From positions 14,134-78,133 of the forward strand of contig JALONR010000005.1 of the NCBI GenBank assembly GCA_025454815.1: a DNA stretch of 64,000 bases, read 5' to 3'. This DNA is from Bacteroidales bacterium (GTDB taxonomy: Bacteria; Bacteroidota; Bacteroidia; Bacteroidales; VadinHA17). The number at the start of each line of letters is the position of its first letter. Within the stretch, counting starts at the first letter, position 1. A program made the position numbers and the translations under genes. The notes beneath the pieces are model-generated. The model saw nothing but the letters and a program-made list of their open reading frames with translations. It was not told where the DNA came from and searched no databases. Below are positions 10,091 to 20,026 of the stretch, in pieces.

Positions 10091-11886
10091 TTCGTTGTGA
10101 TTGGGGTCAAAGAGCGTGGAGGCACGCGGTAATGCTCAGGGATAACGGGCAGGCCACCCTCTTCCGCAGGAGGAAACTGCTGAAGGTACCTTACCAGCGC
10201 CAGCCACTCCTTACCCTCCTGGATACCTGGGGTTTCAGGATCAAAGTCCATGACTGCATGATCCATATCTGCAACAGGATTACCGTTTCCGTCCTTAGGT
10301 ACAACATTGATGAGACCAAGTGACATCTTTTTTATTATTCCCACGAAATCAAGCATGTAAGAGTTTGCGACAATGGAGTAAAGGCGCGTGTCATCCTTTG
10401 ATGTATTAACCTCCGTGACATTACCCTCAGAATCGGTAAACTCCAGTTTCCGTATTTTTCTCAGCAGACCTCCATCCGGATCATAATGAATCTTAAGGTG
10501 TGAGTAGAAACAGAAATGTGAAGGTGTTGAGGCTGATGACATAATCAGGATCTCTGCTATATTCTTCAGTTCCCGGCCGGTGACCCACAGGCGGGAAAGG
10601 GGGTATCCCGGGACGGCATCGTTACCTGATCCGAGCGACATTACCCTGAACAGGTCGGCAACGCTCTGATTACCGGGTAGCACCGGGTCACGAATGACTC
10701 CTGCGGCGACCATCGCAATATCAGTACCCGGGCCTGATTCATTGACATAATGGTAAATTGCATCTGCCACAAGTGCCCCCATGTTGCTTCCGGAGAGGTC
10801 TCCGTATTCGTCTGATTCCAACCGGAAGGGAGCCACTGCCACGGGCATGTCATATTCAAGCTTCAGGGGCAACAGCACACTCCTGTCAACAACCTTCTTA
10901 TGGTTTTCTATCTCCTCCTGTATTGCTGCGACCGCTTCTGCCATGTCATCAACAGGTATCATCTCATAACTGTCAAAGGAAATGCCGTTGCCGGTAAATG
11001 TCATATCAACCCTTCCGACGTTCATGCCTGCACTGCCGGTTTGTACAATAGGAACACCGTTTACCATCAGCGGCTCACTGAGAAATGTATGGGTATGGCC
11101 CGATATGATCAGGTCAATGCCCTTTACCTTCATGGCCAGCTGAGCATCCTCTCCCCCCCAGTTTCCCTTCTTGTCTTTCGAGACGCCGCTGTGCGACAGG
11201 CATATAATGACATCGCAACCCTGTTCCTTTAACACCTTCACGTTTCTCTTTGCGGCCTTCACGATCTTTTCAAATGTGATTGGCACTGCATAAGGTGCCG
11301 ATTCATCCGCATCCTCCCCGAGCAGGGAAAAGAGACCTGTCTTTATCCCGTTCACCTCCTTGATCACCCATGGTCTGACAATGCCCTCAGCCATCACCTG
11401 CTCAAATGCGTCATCTGCCGGGTCATCGGGATCAGTAACACCGTTTCCCAGAAGCATAACCGGGATCTCGCCCCTGGCGGCAGCCTTTTTAAGAATACCG
11501 GCATAGACCGTGGGGCCGAAATCAAAGTCATGGTTTCCTATGGCAACCACGTCATATCCTGCCTTCTTCATCAGTGGTAACTGAAACCCTGTCTCCGGTT
11601 CCAGCGCATGAAAAAGAGTACCCATCAGACAGTCACCGCCGTCAACCACAAGTGTTGAACCCGGATTCTCCTCACGGACAGCCTTTATGATGCCTGCGAT
11701 GCGTGCCAGTCCACCACGGGTAGGGTCATTGTCTGCCACCAGCGGAGTATAGGCTGATTCCGGCGCAAAACCTTGCAGATGGGAGTGAAAATCATTGGTA
11801 TGCAGTATCGTAAGTTTCTTACCGTCCTGTGCCGTACCTGCAATCGCAGCCAGGAGAAAGATTGCAAGAAATGTAGCCCTTTTCAT
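10087..11886 (-). CDS. Bifunctional metallophosphatase / 5'-nucleotidase (exported)
   Basis: Signal peptide; LHTNDFHS, DGGD, GNHDFD, LSHSG, SGHTH motifs and a C-terminal 5'-nucleotidase domain. Confidence 0.9.
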   Translation of the reverse strand: MKRATFLAIFLLAAIAGTAQDGKKLTILHTNDFHSHLQGFAPESAYTPLVADNDPTRGGLARIAGIIKAVREENPGSTLVVDGGDCLMGTLFHALEPETGFQLPLMKKAGYDVVAIGNHDFDFGPTVYAGILKKAAARGEIPVMLLGNGVTDPDDPADDAFEQVMAEGIVRPWVIKEVNGIKTGLFSLLGEDADESAPYAVPITFEKIVKAAKRNVKVLKEQGCDVIICLSHSGVSKDKKGNWGGEDAQLAMKVKGIDLIISGHTHTFLSEPLMVNGVPIVQTGSAGMNVGRVDMTFTGNGISFDSYEMIPVDDMAEAVAAIQEEIENHKKVVDRSVLLPLKLEYDMPVAVAPFRLESDEYGDLSGSNMGALVADAIYHYVNESGPGTDIAMVAAGVIRDPVLPGNQSVADLFRVMSLGSGNDAVPGYPLSRLWVTGRELKNIAEILIMSSASTPSHFCFYSHLKIHYDPDGGLLRKIRKLEFTDSEGNVTEVNTSKDDTRLYSIVANSYMLDFVGIIKKMSLGLINVVPKDGNGNPVADMDHAVMDFDPETPGIQEGKEWLALVRYLQQFPPAEEGGLPVIPEHYRVPPRSLTPITTK

Positions 11887-12042
11887 TTCATATGAAATTT
11901 GGGATTAAGTTAGTAAAAAGCTTTAGAATCCATTACAGCCGGGCACATGAGAATTAAATCTCCTGTTGTCCCGGGCAGGTCACAGGCGGCGGAGATATAC
12001 TAAAAATATGAGAGGTCCGGTCCTAACTGGTCGAAAAAAATA

Positions 12043-12684
12043 TCACAGATAGATGCTGAAGCCGATTCTGATTCCTAATCCGCTGCAGATCTCCTTGTTT
12101 GAGCCTCCCTCTTCCACATCTTCCCAGGTCCACTGTGCACGGGTGTAGCCTATTGAACCGTCAACTGTTACCATTTCACCGAGGGGAAGGGCAGCCCCCA
12201 GGCTGAAGCCAATAATTAACATTGGGTATTTTTCCACTTCATCACCCCATGTGTCCCTGTGTGAGCCGAACAGTAATTCTGCTTCCGCGAATGGATAGAT
12301 TTTTTCAAGAGGGTAATAATACCTTACGAAAGGCCCGAAGCCAAGATCAGACATCTTATAAACATCGTCATCTTCAACATCCCTCTCCCTGTGGCCGGAT
12401 AAGGCAATCTCAAGACCGGCAACCAGGTTGTCCATAACAAAATAGCCTCCTTTAGGCAAAATGTTGTATGTGAACGATTTATAATGTGTTTCAGGAGCTT
12501 CGGATCCATGCTTGTATTTTGTAGATCCAAAACCAAGTCCAAATAACTCCGATCCCTCACTGCCTCCCATGGCAAGGGTAGATGTGACCCCGGCAAGTAT
12601 CTTGCCCTTTTCAAGCTGTGTCTGGGCCTGCAGGCCTGAAACGACAATACAGATGGACGCAAATAATAGCAGAATCTTTTTCAT
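12043..12684 (-). CDS. Outer-membrane beta-barrel protein
   Basis: Signal peptide MKKILLLF...QAQ; alternating beta-strands (PKGGYFVMDNLVAG, GFGPFVRYY); C-terminal GIRIGFSIYL beta-signal. Confidence 0.8.
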   Translation of the reverse strand: MKKILLLFASICIVVSGLQAQTQLEKGKILAGVTSTLAMGGSEGSELFGLGFGSTKYKHGSEAPETHYKSFTYNILPKGGYFVMDNLVAGLEIALSGHRERDVEDDDVYKMSDLGFGPFVRYYYPLEKIYPFAEAELLFGSHRDTWGDEVEKYPMLIIGFSLGAALPLGEMVTVDGSIGYTRAQWTWEDVEEGGSNKEICSGLGIRIGFSIYL

Positions 12685-12945
12685 AGTCCGGTTTAGTTTT
12701 AGAATACCTACTCTTGAGTTTTTCGGCCTGCACTCCCTACTCTGATGAAGGATTTTCGGGACACTCCTTAATAGTTTTATTATGAGATAATTATTATGAT
12801 GATCAAATTTACACAACAAGAAGGGAGTTGTCAAATTTTTTTTGGGCCGGAAACTTAACGGCCATTGAACCCCTTAATCAGATTTTCCGGGTCCGGAGGT
12901 TGCCTTTTAGTATATTTGTGTCAGACAACCAAAAACCCGTATTGT

Positions 12946-13908
12946 ATGATCAGGGAAATAAAAGCTCAGGATCTGAACACTGAAAAGTTCATTGCAGAAA
13001 AGGTAAGCGAAATCAGGAATGCCGCAGGTGACGGCACGGCTATCAACGCCCTCTCGGGAGGGGTAGATTCATCCGTTGTGACCATGATAGGTCACCTGGC
13101 CCTGGGTGAAAGGCTCAGGACAGTATTCATACAGAACGGGCTCATGCGGGAAGGTGAACCCGAGGCTGTTGCCGGGGTATTTAAAAAACTGGGCGTCATC
13201 GTGGAGATAATCGATGCACGGAAGGAGTTCCTCGATGCCCTTAGCGGAATCACCGACCCGGAAGAGAAACGTGAAGCAATAACCCAGACATTCTATAAGA
13301 AGGTATTCGGAAGAATAGTAAGGGAGAGCCATGCAAAGTACCTTCTTCAGGGAACGATCCTGACCGATATCGATGAAACTGTTGCCGGCATAAAGCGACA
13401 GCACAATGTCTTCGCCCAGCTTGGCATTGACCCGAAGGAGGCATTCGGATACCACATTTTAGAACCTCTGATTGAGCTTCGCAAGGACGGGGTCAGAATG
13501 ACGGGCCGGGCACTCGGTCTGCCTGAGGAGATGTTTAACCGCATCCCGTTCCCAGGCCCCGCACTGGCTGCGCGGATCATTGGTGAAGTGACGCAGGAGA
13601 AGCTTGACACCGTCAGGAAGGCCACAACAATCGTTGAAAAACTCCTCGCCGGAAGGGGCGCATTCCAGTATATGGCAATCCTGCATGACGACCGCGTTAC
13701 AGGTATGCGAGACGGCAAGCGTGATTTCGGCCGTCAGATTGAGGTACGCTGCTGGGACAGCATCGATGCCCGAACGGCAACACCTACACGACTGCCGTTT
13801 GAGCTGCTGGAGGAACTGGCGCCAGAAATACTCAGGTCAGTCCCGGGAGTCGTATCGGTAACCTATAATATAGCCACCAAACCTCCGTCAACCATAGAGG
13901 CAGTGTGA
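12946..13908 (+). CDS. guaA: GMP synthase ATP-pyrophosphatase + dimerisation subunit only (no glutaminase domain)
   Basis: PP-loop ALSGGVDSSV, DPEEKR, LQGTI..D, IKRQHNV, PFPGPALA, KPPSTIE; 320 aa with no GATase Cys-His-Glu region; TATATTTG promoter at 12911. Confidence 0.88.
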   Translation: MIREIKAQDLNTEKFIAEKVSEIRNAAGDGTAINALSGGVDSSVVTMIGHLALGERLRTVFIQNGLMREGEPEAVAGVFKKLGVIVEIIDARKEFLDALSGITDPEEKREAITQTFYKKVFGRIVRESHAKYLLQGTILTDIDETVAGIKRQHNVFAQLGIDPKEAFGYHILEPLIELRKDGVRMTGRALGLPEEMFNRIPFPGPALAARIIGEVTQEKLDTVRKATTIVEKLLAGRGAFQYMAILHDDRVTGMRDGKRDFGRQIEVRCWDSIDARTATPTRLPFELLEELAPEILRSVPGVVSVTYNIATKPPSTIEAV

Positions 13909-13913
13909 TCCAG

Positions 13914-14015
13914 AGCAGGCAATATGCAGCAGGCAGCAGTGAATAATGCTGGCATACAGGTTATTATTGTTTCCCATTGCCAACTCTCCTGCCTGGTGCC
14001 TCTTGCCTGCTGCCT
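13914..14015. repeat. Inverted arrays of degenerate heptamers at the guaA/folC convergent junction
   Basis: AGCAGGC AATATGC AGCAGGC AGCAGTG AATAATG ... CCTGCCT GGTGCCT CTTGCCT GCTGCCT. Confidence 0.55.
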
Positions 14016-14018
14016 TAA

Positions 14019-15308
14019 TCATAATGCATCTGCCACCACAAACGTTGACCCGCCGATGAAGATCATATCACCCGGTCCCGCGACGGCACGCGCTGCCTCA
14101 ACAGCCTTTGAAACAGACGGATAGACATCACCGCTAAGACCAAATCTTTCCGCGGCCGCCTGAAGAAGGTTCTCATCCAGCGCCCTGGGTACTGATGCCC
14201 TCGTGAAATAGTATTCCGCCCTGCGGGGAAACAGCGGCAGCACTGAATCCAGGTCCTTGTCATTGACGAAACCGATCACCATATGCAGCTTCTCCTTAGG
14301 CGTAGCCCTTATCTGCTTCATCACATATTCAAGTCCCTCCCGGTTGTGCCCGGTGTCACATATGATAAGCGGTGAATGTGACATCACCTGCCAGCGGCCC
14401 ATCAGACCTGTATTTGCCACCACACCGGCAACACCCTTTGCAAAGGGCCCGCGGTCAGGCCCTGTTAGCCCTGTCAGCGCTTCAGTCACTGCAGCCACGG
14501 TCTGGATGTTCTTTTGCTGCGCCAGCCCCCCGAGAGGGGTATCACCCTTAATCCTTATCCCCCCACCTGGCACCTCAAGGGTGAATCGCCTCACTGATCT
14601 GTTCCCGGCAAACCTTCCCAGCCTGCACCTGTAAAGCTGGTCGGCAAAGATCAGCGGGGCATTCATTTCACCGGCTCTACGGCGGAAAACGTCACATGTT
14701 TCCGGCTGCGTCTCCCCGATGACCACAGGCACCCCTTCCTTGATTATCCCTGCCTTCTCCCCTGCCACGGCTTCCAGGGTGCTCCCAAGAAACTCCATGT
14801 GGTCATGACCGATGTTGGTGATGACTGACAATATCGGCGTAATAATATTTGTTGAGTCCAGCCTGCCGCCCATTCCAACTTCGATGACGGCAATATCAAC
14901 TTCCATCCTTGCAAACCAGTCAAATGCCATAGCAACAGTGAGCTCAAAGAATGAGGGCTTTATCTGCCGGATTATCTCCCCGTGCTGTTCCACAAAGCTC
15001 ACAACCTCCTCCTCTGAGATCATTCTCCCGTCAACCCGGATTCTCTCCCGGAAGTCCTTCAGGTGCGGCGAGGTGTAAAGTCCGGTCCTGTACCCGGCCT
15101 CCTGCAACACCGAGGCAGTCATGTGGGAGACCGATCCTTTCCCGTTCGTGCCTGCAACATGCACTGAACGGAATCTCCTGTGCGGATGGTCAAAGTACCG
15201 GTCAAGCTCCAGGGTATTGTCAAGGTTGGCCTTGTATGCCGGTTTGCCAACACGGTGATAAGCCGGCAGCAGGCTGAAGAGATAGTCAACGGTTTCGGAA
15301 TATGTCAT
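14019..15308 (-). CDS. folC: Folylpolyglutamate/dihydrofolate synthase
   Basis: HVAGTNGKGS, YTSPHL..FRERI, EVGMGGRLDSTN, EKAGIIK, GRWQ. Confidence 0.97.
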   Translation of the reverse strand: MTYSETVDYLFSLLPAYHRVGKPAYKANLDNTLELDRYFDHPHRRFRSVHVAGTNGKGSVSHMTASVLQEAGYRTGLYTSPHLKDFRERIRVDGRMISEEEVVSFVEQHGEIIRQIKPSFFELTVAMAFDWFARMEVDIAVIEVGMGGRLDSTNIITPILSVITNIGHDHMEFLGSTLEAVAGEKAGIIKEGVPVVIGETQPETCDVFRRRAGEMNAPLIFADQLYRCRLGRFAGNRSVRRFTLEVPGGGIRIKGDTPLGGLAQQKNIQTVAAVTEALTGLTGPDRGPFAKGVAGVVANTGLMGRWQVMSHSPLIICDTGHNREGLEYVMKQIRATPKEKLHMVIGFVNDKDLDSVLPLFPRRAEYYFTRASVPRALDENLLQAAAERFGLSGDVYPSVSKAVEAARAVAGPGDMIFIGGSTFVVADAL

Positions 15309-15435
15309 GTTGATAACCTTTGTGCGGTTGTTTGCAAATTTACAAAAAGCGCTTTTCAGCGGGAAATGGCTCCGCTATCTTTGTCCCCATGGTAAAATCT
15401 GCGCCGGAGATTGTGCCGTTTAAACTAATCCTGTT

Positions 15436-16773
15436 ATGGCGAAAAAGCAAAAGCAAAAAAAGATTTTCATTCTCGACACGAATGTGTTGCTGCATGATTT
15501 CACTTGTATCTACAACTTTGAGGAAAACGATGTGATCATACCCATCGTGGTGCTGGAGGAACTTGACAAGTTCAAGCGCGGCAATGACATGATCAATTTT
15601 CATGCAAGGGAGTTTACACGTGAACTTGACAAAATAGCTGGTGACATGCTCCTTACCGGCAATATTCCGCTTGGAGACAAGCTGGGAACACTGCATATCG
15701 AGACGGGAAAGCAGTTTTCAGACAGGGTCTCGGAATCATTCCCGGAAAGAACCCCTGATCACCGGATACTTGCAATAGCCGATTATCTGACCCTTGAAAA
15801 CAAGGATAAATCAGTAGTGCTCATTACCAAGGATATTAACCTCCGAATGAAGGCGAAGTCGCTGGGTATAAGGGCCGAAGACTATCAGAATGACAAGGTT
15901 GCCAACCTGGATGATCTTTACAAGGGTATCCGTATCATAGAGAACATCGATCATGATCTCATCAACAAACTATATGAACAGGCTGACGGTGTTCCTGCTT
16001 CCGAGCTGAAGATAAAGGACACAGAGCCCGGGCATCACTTCTTCATACTGCGCAACAGCAACTCCAGCGCCCTGGCCCATTACAACCCAACCACGAAGAT
16101 GCTTGTAAGGGTGCTGAAACAGACCACCTACGGAATTGACCCGCGAAACGCAGAACAAACCTTTGCCCTTGACGCCCTGTGCAATCCGGATATCCAGCTC
16201 ATATCCCTAACCGGAAAAGCCGGTACGGGTAAGACACTGCTGGCACTGGCAGCGGCCCTGCACCAGCATAAACGGTACAAGCAGATTTTTCTCGCCAGGC
16301 CGATAGTCCCGCTTGCCAACCGAGACCTCGGGTTCCTGCCCGGCGACGTCAAGGAGAAAATGGATCCCTACATGCAGCCCCTGTTTGACAATCTTACTGT
16401 CATCAAGCACCGCTTCAGCGCCCAGAGTCCGGAGTTCATCCGGATCAATGACATGATCAAGGACGAAAAACTGGTCATTACCCCCCTTGCATACATCAGG
16501 GGCCGAAGCCTCTCCAACATCTTCTTCATAGTTGATGAAGCCCAGAACCTGACCCCCCATGAAGTTAAAACCATCATCACCAGGGCAGGCGAGGGAACAA
16601 AAATGGTCTTCACCGGCGACATTGAGCAGATTGACTCACCCTACCTCGACTCAGGCTCCAACGGCCTGAGCTACCTCTCTGATAAAATGAAGGGTCTCGA
16701 CCTGTTCGCACACGTGCACCTGGTAAAGGGAGAAAGAAGCTTCCTGGCTGAACTGGCAAGCAAGCTGCTGTAA
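15436..16773 (+). CDS. PIN-domain PhoH family protein (PhoH2/YbeZ-like)
   Basis: N-terminal PIN (LDTNVLLHD, D.RIL, TKDINLR) plus PhoH ATPase (GKAGTGKT, LGFLPG, RGRS, DEAQN, GDIEQID). Confidence 0.93.
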   Translation: MAKKQKQKKIFILDTNVLLHDFTCIYNFEENDVIIPIVVLEELDKFKRGNDMINFHAREFTRELDKIAGDMLLTGNIPLGDKLGTLHIETGKQFSDRVSESFPERTPDHRILAIADYLTLENKDKSVVLITKDINLRMKAKSLGIRAEDYQNDKVANLDDLYKGIRIIENIDHDLINKLYEQADGVPASELKIKDTEPGHHFFILRNSNSSALAHYNPTTKMLVRVLKQTTYGIDPRNAEQTFALDALCNPDIQLISLTGKAGTGKTLLALAAALHQHKRYKQIFLARPIVPLANRDLGFLPGDVKEKMDPYMQPLFDNLTVIKHRFSAQSPEFIRINDMIKDEKLVITPLAYIRGRSLSNIFFIVDEAQNLTPHEVKTIITRAGEGTKMVFTGDIEQIDSPYLDSGSNGLSYLSDKMKGLDLFAHVHLVKGERSFLAELASKLL

Positions 16774-16819
16774 GCCGCTTTTTTGCTATTTTTGCTTCCG
16801 TAACAGTAACCTTTTAATA

Positions 16820-18127
16820 TTGAAGAGGAAAGTAGCGTTTCATACACTGGGATGCAAGCTTAATTTTGCCGAAACCTCCACTATAGCCCGGACCTTTCCG
16901 GACGACAGGTTCGAGAGGGTGTCTCCGGACGGTCATGCAGATATCTATGTGATCAATACCTGCACAGTGACTGATGCGGCTGACAAAAAAACCAGGCAAA
17001 CGGTCAGGAAATTCATTCACCGGAATCCTGAGGCCTTTATCGCGGTCGTTGGCTGTTACGCCCAGCTGAGGAAGGAAGAAGCTGCAGCTATTGAAGGCGT
17101 GGACCTGGTGCTCGGTACATATGAAAAGTTTGACGTCGCTTCGTATATAGACAACCTGCAGAAACGCACCGCACCTGAGATTCATTCGTGCGAAAGTGTT
17201 GATACTGACGGATTCATGACCTCATGGTCTGCCGGTGACCGTACCCGCTCATTCCTCAAGGTGCAGGATGGATGTGACTACCATTGCTCTTATTGCACAG
17301 TTCCGCTGGCAAGAGGTAAGAGCAGAAACCCCTTCATCAGCGAGATAATTTCAGAAGCTGAAGCTATAGTCAGCAGCGGAGTAAGGGAGATTGTCCTCAC
17401 CGGCGTAAACGTGGGCGACTTCGGTCGCAGCACCGGCGAGACCCTTGACCAGCTCCTCATGAGCCTCATTAAGGTCAGCGGGCTTCAGAGGCTCAGGCTC
17501 TCATCCATAGAACCCAATCTGCTTACAGATCAGGTCATTGACCTCATTGCTTCGGAGAAAGTGTTGCTGCCGCATATACACATGCCGCTGCAGAGCGGAA
17601 ATGACCGGATACTGGGGCTGATGCGACGGCGCTACCGCCGGGAAGTTTTCCGTGACAGGGTTTTGAAGATAAGGGAACATATGCCGGATGCCGGTATCGG
17701 GGCAGATGTTATCGTCGGCTTCCCGGGAGAAACTCAGGAAGAACATACCGACACATACAGCTTTCTTGAGAGCTTACCCCTCTCCTATCTCCATGTCTTT
17801 GCCTTCTCGCCGAGACCGGGAACACCGGCGGCAGATCTTCCAGGTACTGTGAACAAACAGGAAAAGGATAGGCGGAGCCGCCAGCTGATAAGACTTTCTG
17901 AAAGCCGGCGCATGCAGTTCATGCGCAACGCCGGCGGACAGATCCACGAAGTCCTTTTTGAACAGAGAGGCCATGACGGAATGGTGGCCGGACTTACCGG
18001 AAACTACATAAGGGTACTCACACCCTGGGAGAAAGGACTTCCCGGAACAATCAGGAGAGTAATGCTGACAACCCTTCGCGATGATGCATCGATGAACGGC
18101 AGGATAACGGATACAATACAGTCATGA
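16820..18127 (+). CDS. mtaB: tRNA t6A37 methylthiotransferase
   Basis: TLGCKLN, INTCTVT, LKVQDGCDYHCSYC radical SAM motif, C-terminal NYIRV; TTG start. Confidence 0.95.
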   Translation: MKRKVAFHTLGCKLNFAETSTIARTFPDDRFERVSPDGHADIYVINTCTVTDAADKKTRQTVRKFIHRNPEAFIAVVGCYAQLRKEEAAAIEGVDLVLGTYEKFDVASYIDNLQKRTAPEIHSCESVDTDGFMTSWSAGDRTRSFLKVQDGCDYHCSYCTVPLARGKSRNPFISEIISEAEAIVSSGVREIVLTGVNVGDFGRSTGETLDQLLMSLIKVSGLQRLRLSSIEPNLLTDQVIDLIASEKVLLPHIHMPLQSGNDRILGLMRRRYRREVFRDRVLKIREHMPDAGIGADVIVGFPGETQEEHTDTYSFLESLPLSYLHVFAFSPRPGTPAADLPGTVNKQEKDRRSRQLIRLSESRRMQFMRNAGGQIHEVLFEQRGHDGMVAGLTGNYIRVLTPWEKGLPGTIRRVMLTTLRDDASMNGRITDTIQS

Positions 18128-19008
18128 ACCGTGCAGGCTTCTATATCTTCGTGGCATTGAGCTACCTGATAACCCTCCTTCCGATGCGGGCCCTGCACCT
18201 GCTGTCTGACCTGCTCTGGCCTTTCTTCTACCATGTGGTGAAATATCGCAGAAAGGTGGTTGAGAAAAACCTGAGAAATGCATTCCCGGAAAAGAGCCGG
18301 GAAGAACGGATAAAAATTGCAAAGAGATTCTACAGGCACCTGACTGACATGATCATGGAGACCCTCAAGGCCATGCACATGACTCCTGAACAGATAAAAA
18401 AGAGATTCAGCGTGCCTGACACCTCTCTCACCGACAGGTTCTTCAGCGAAGGGCGTGATATAGTGGCACTGGGCAGCCATTACAATAACTGGGAGTGGAT
18501 GTCAGCCCTCCAGCTATCCTCGAAGCACAGGGTGATCACAATATATAAACCACTGAAGGACAAAAATTTTGACAGGTTCCTGCTGAAAATCAGAACAAGA
18601 TTCGGTTTATGGGTCACTCCCATGAATCACATAGCCAGGGACCTGGTTAAATGCAGGAATGAAAAGGTCCTCACTATGTCAGGATTCATCGGTGACCAGA
18701 CTCCCCCTCCGGATGACAAAGCCTGCTGGACCACCTTCCTCAACCAGGACACAGGCTTTTACCGGGGAGCTGAGAAGGTGGCAATAAAGTACGACATGCC
18801 TGTGGTTTTTATTGACATTGTCAAGAGGAAAAGAAGTTTTTATGAGGTTGAGTATCACCTGTTATCCGAGCATCCGCGTGATGAGGAACCCAACGCAATC
18901 ATAGCCCGGTATGCTGCAAAACTGGAGGAGGTTATCAGGTCCAGACCGGAGTACTGGCTGTGGTCACACCGCCGGTGGAAGTACAAAAAACCACAGCACA
19001 ATGATTAA
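18124..19008 (+). CDS. Lipid A biosynthesis (LpxL/HtrB-like) acyltransferase
   Basis: HYNNWEW, YKPL, DQ.P, PEYWLWSHRRWK motifs. Confidence 0.9.
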   Translation: MNRAGFYIFVALSYLITLLPMRALHLLSDLLWPFFYHVVKYRRKVVEKNLRNAFPEKSREERIKIAKRFYRHLTDMIMETLKAMHMTPEQIKKRFSVPDTSLTDRFFSEGRDIVALGSHYNNWEWMSALQLSSKHRVITIYKPLKDKNFDRFLLKIRTRFGLWVTPMNHIARDLVKCRNEKVLTMSGFIGDQTPPPDDKACWTTFLNQDTGFYRGAEKVAIKYDMPVVFIDIVKRKRSFYEVEYHLLSEHPRDEEPNAIIARYAAKLEEVIRSRPEYWLWSHRRWKYKKPQHND

Positions 19009-20026
19009 GACAGCCGTAGTTATTCTCAACTGGAACGGAAGAAAATATCTTGAACTGTTTCTTCCGGGTGTGATTGCCAATACCCTGGCACATGACACCT
19101 CCGTCATTGTTGCCGACAACGGCTCGGAAGACGACTCTGTGAAATGGGTGACAGAAAACCACCCTGAAGTTCAGGTCATCAGGCTGGATGCCAACTACGG
19201 TTATGCCGGCGGATACAACAGGGCTCTGCAACATATTGATGCCGAATACTATATCCTCCTCAACTCTGATGTTGAGGTTGAGCCGGGATGGGCAGAGAAG
19301 CTCACGACATTCATGGACCTCCATCCCAATGTGGGGGCCTGCCAGCCGAAAATAAGATCCTATTCCAACCGGTCAGCCTTTGAATATGCAGGTGCTGCAG
19401 GCGGCTACATCGACAGGCTTGGTTATCCCTTCTGCCGGGGACGGATACTTTCAACTGTTGAGGAAGACCAGGGCCAGTATGACGATAGCCGGGAGATCTT
19501 CTGGGCATCAGGCTCATGCCTGTTGGTGAGGGGCGCGGCGTTTGAACAATGCGATGGTTTTGATGAGTCGTTCTTCGTCCATATGGAAGAGATAGACCTC
19601 TGCTGGAGGATGCAGAACGCCGGATATACCGTCTGCTACTTCCCCCACGCAGTTGTCTTCCATGTGGGAGGAGGCACACTCGGCTACGGTTCACCCTCAA
19701 AAATCTATTACAATTTCCGTAACAGCCTGATCATGATGGCCAAGAACCTCCCGGCAAGGCATCTCCGCCGGACCATCTTCATCAGGCAGCTTCTTGACGG
19801 ACTTGCGGCAGTGATGCTTCTGTTTACCGAAGGAAGGGCTGCAGCAGCCGCAGTGGCAAGGGCGCATCGTGATTTCAGGAGACATCGTACGGCAATCAGG
19901 ACTTTCAGGTCGGTTACCCCGTACCCGGAAATCTTTCAACATCCGCATACCATGATGAACAAATACCTCATTTTTGAGTATTATGTACGCAGAAGAAAAA
20001 TCTTCTCCGAACTGAAGTGGATCTGA
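19001..20026 (+). CDS. GT2 family glycosyltransferase
   Basis: VVILNWNG, ADNGS.D, LLNSD, FEYAGAAGG, HMEEIDLCWR; start at MIKTA (19001). Confidence 0.92.
   Translation: MIKTAVVILNWNGRKYLELFLPGVIANTLAHDTSVIVADNGSEDDSVKWVTENHPEVQVIRLDANYGYAGGYNRALQHIDAEYYILLNSDVEVEPGWAEKLTTFMDLHPNVGACQPKIRSYSNRSAFEYAGAAGGYIDRLGYPFCRGRILSTVEEDQGQYDDSREIFWASGSCLLVRGAAFEQCDGFDESFFVHMEEIDLCWRMQNAGYTVCYFPHAVVFHVGGGTLGYGSPSKIYYNFRNSLIMMAKNLPARHLRRTIFIRQLLDGLAAVMLLFTEGRAAAAAVARAHRDFRRHRTAIRTFRSVTPYPEIFQHPHTMMNKYLIFEYYVRRRKIFSELKWI

Noticed and set aside
12685-12945. Purine riboswitch upstream of the GMP synthase subunit
   Set aside because: A -7 box lies only ~28 nt before the ATG and no purine aptamer consensus is visible.
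15436-16773. PIN toxin / toxin-antitoxin or defence module
   Set aside because: Ordinary PIN-PhoH fusion in housekeeping context (folC, mtaB) with no antitoxin gene.
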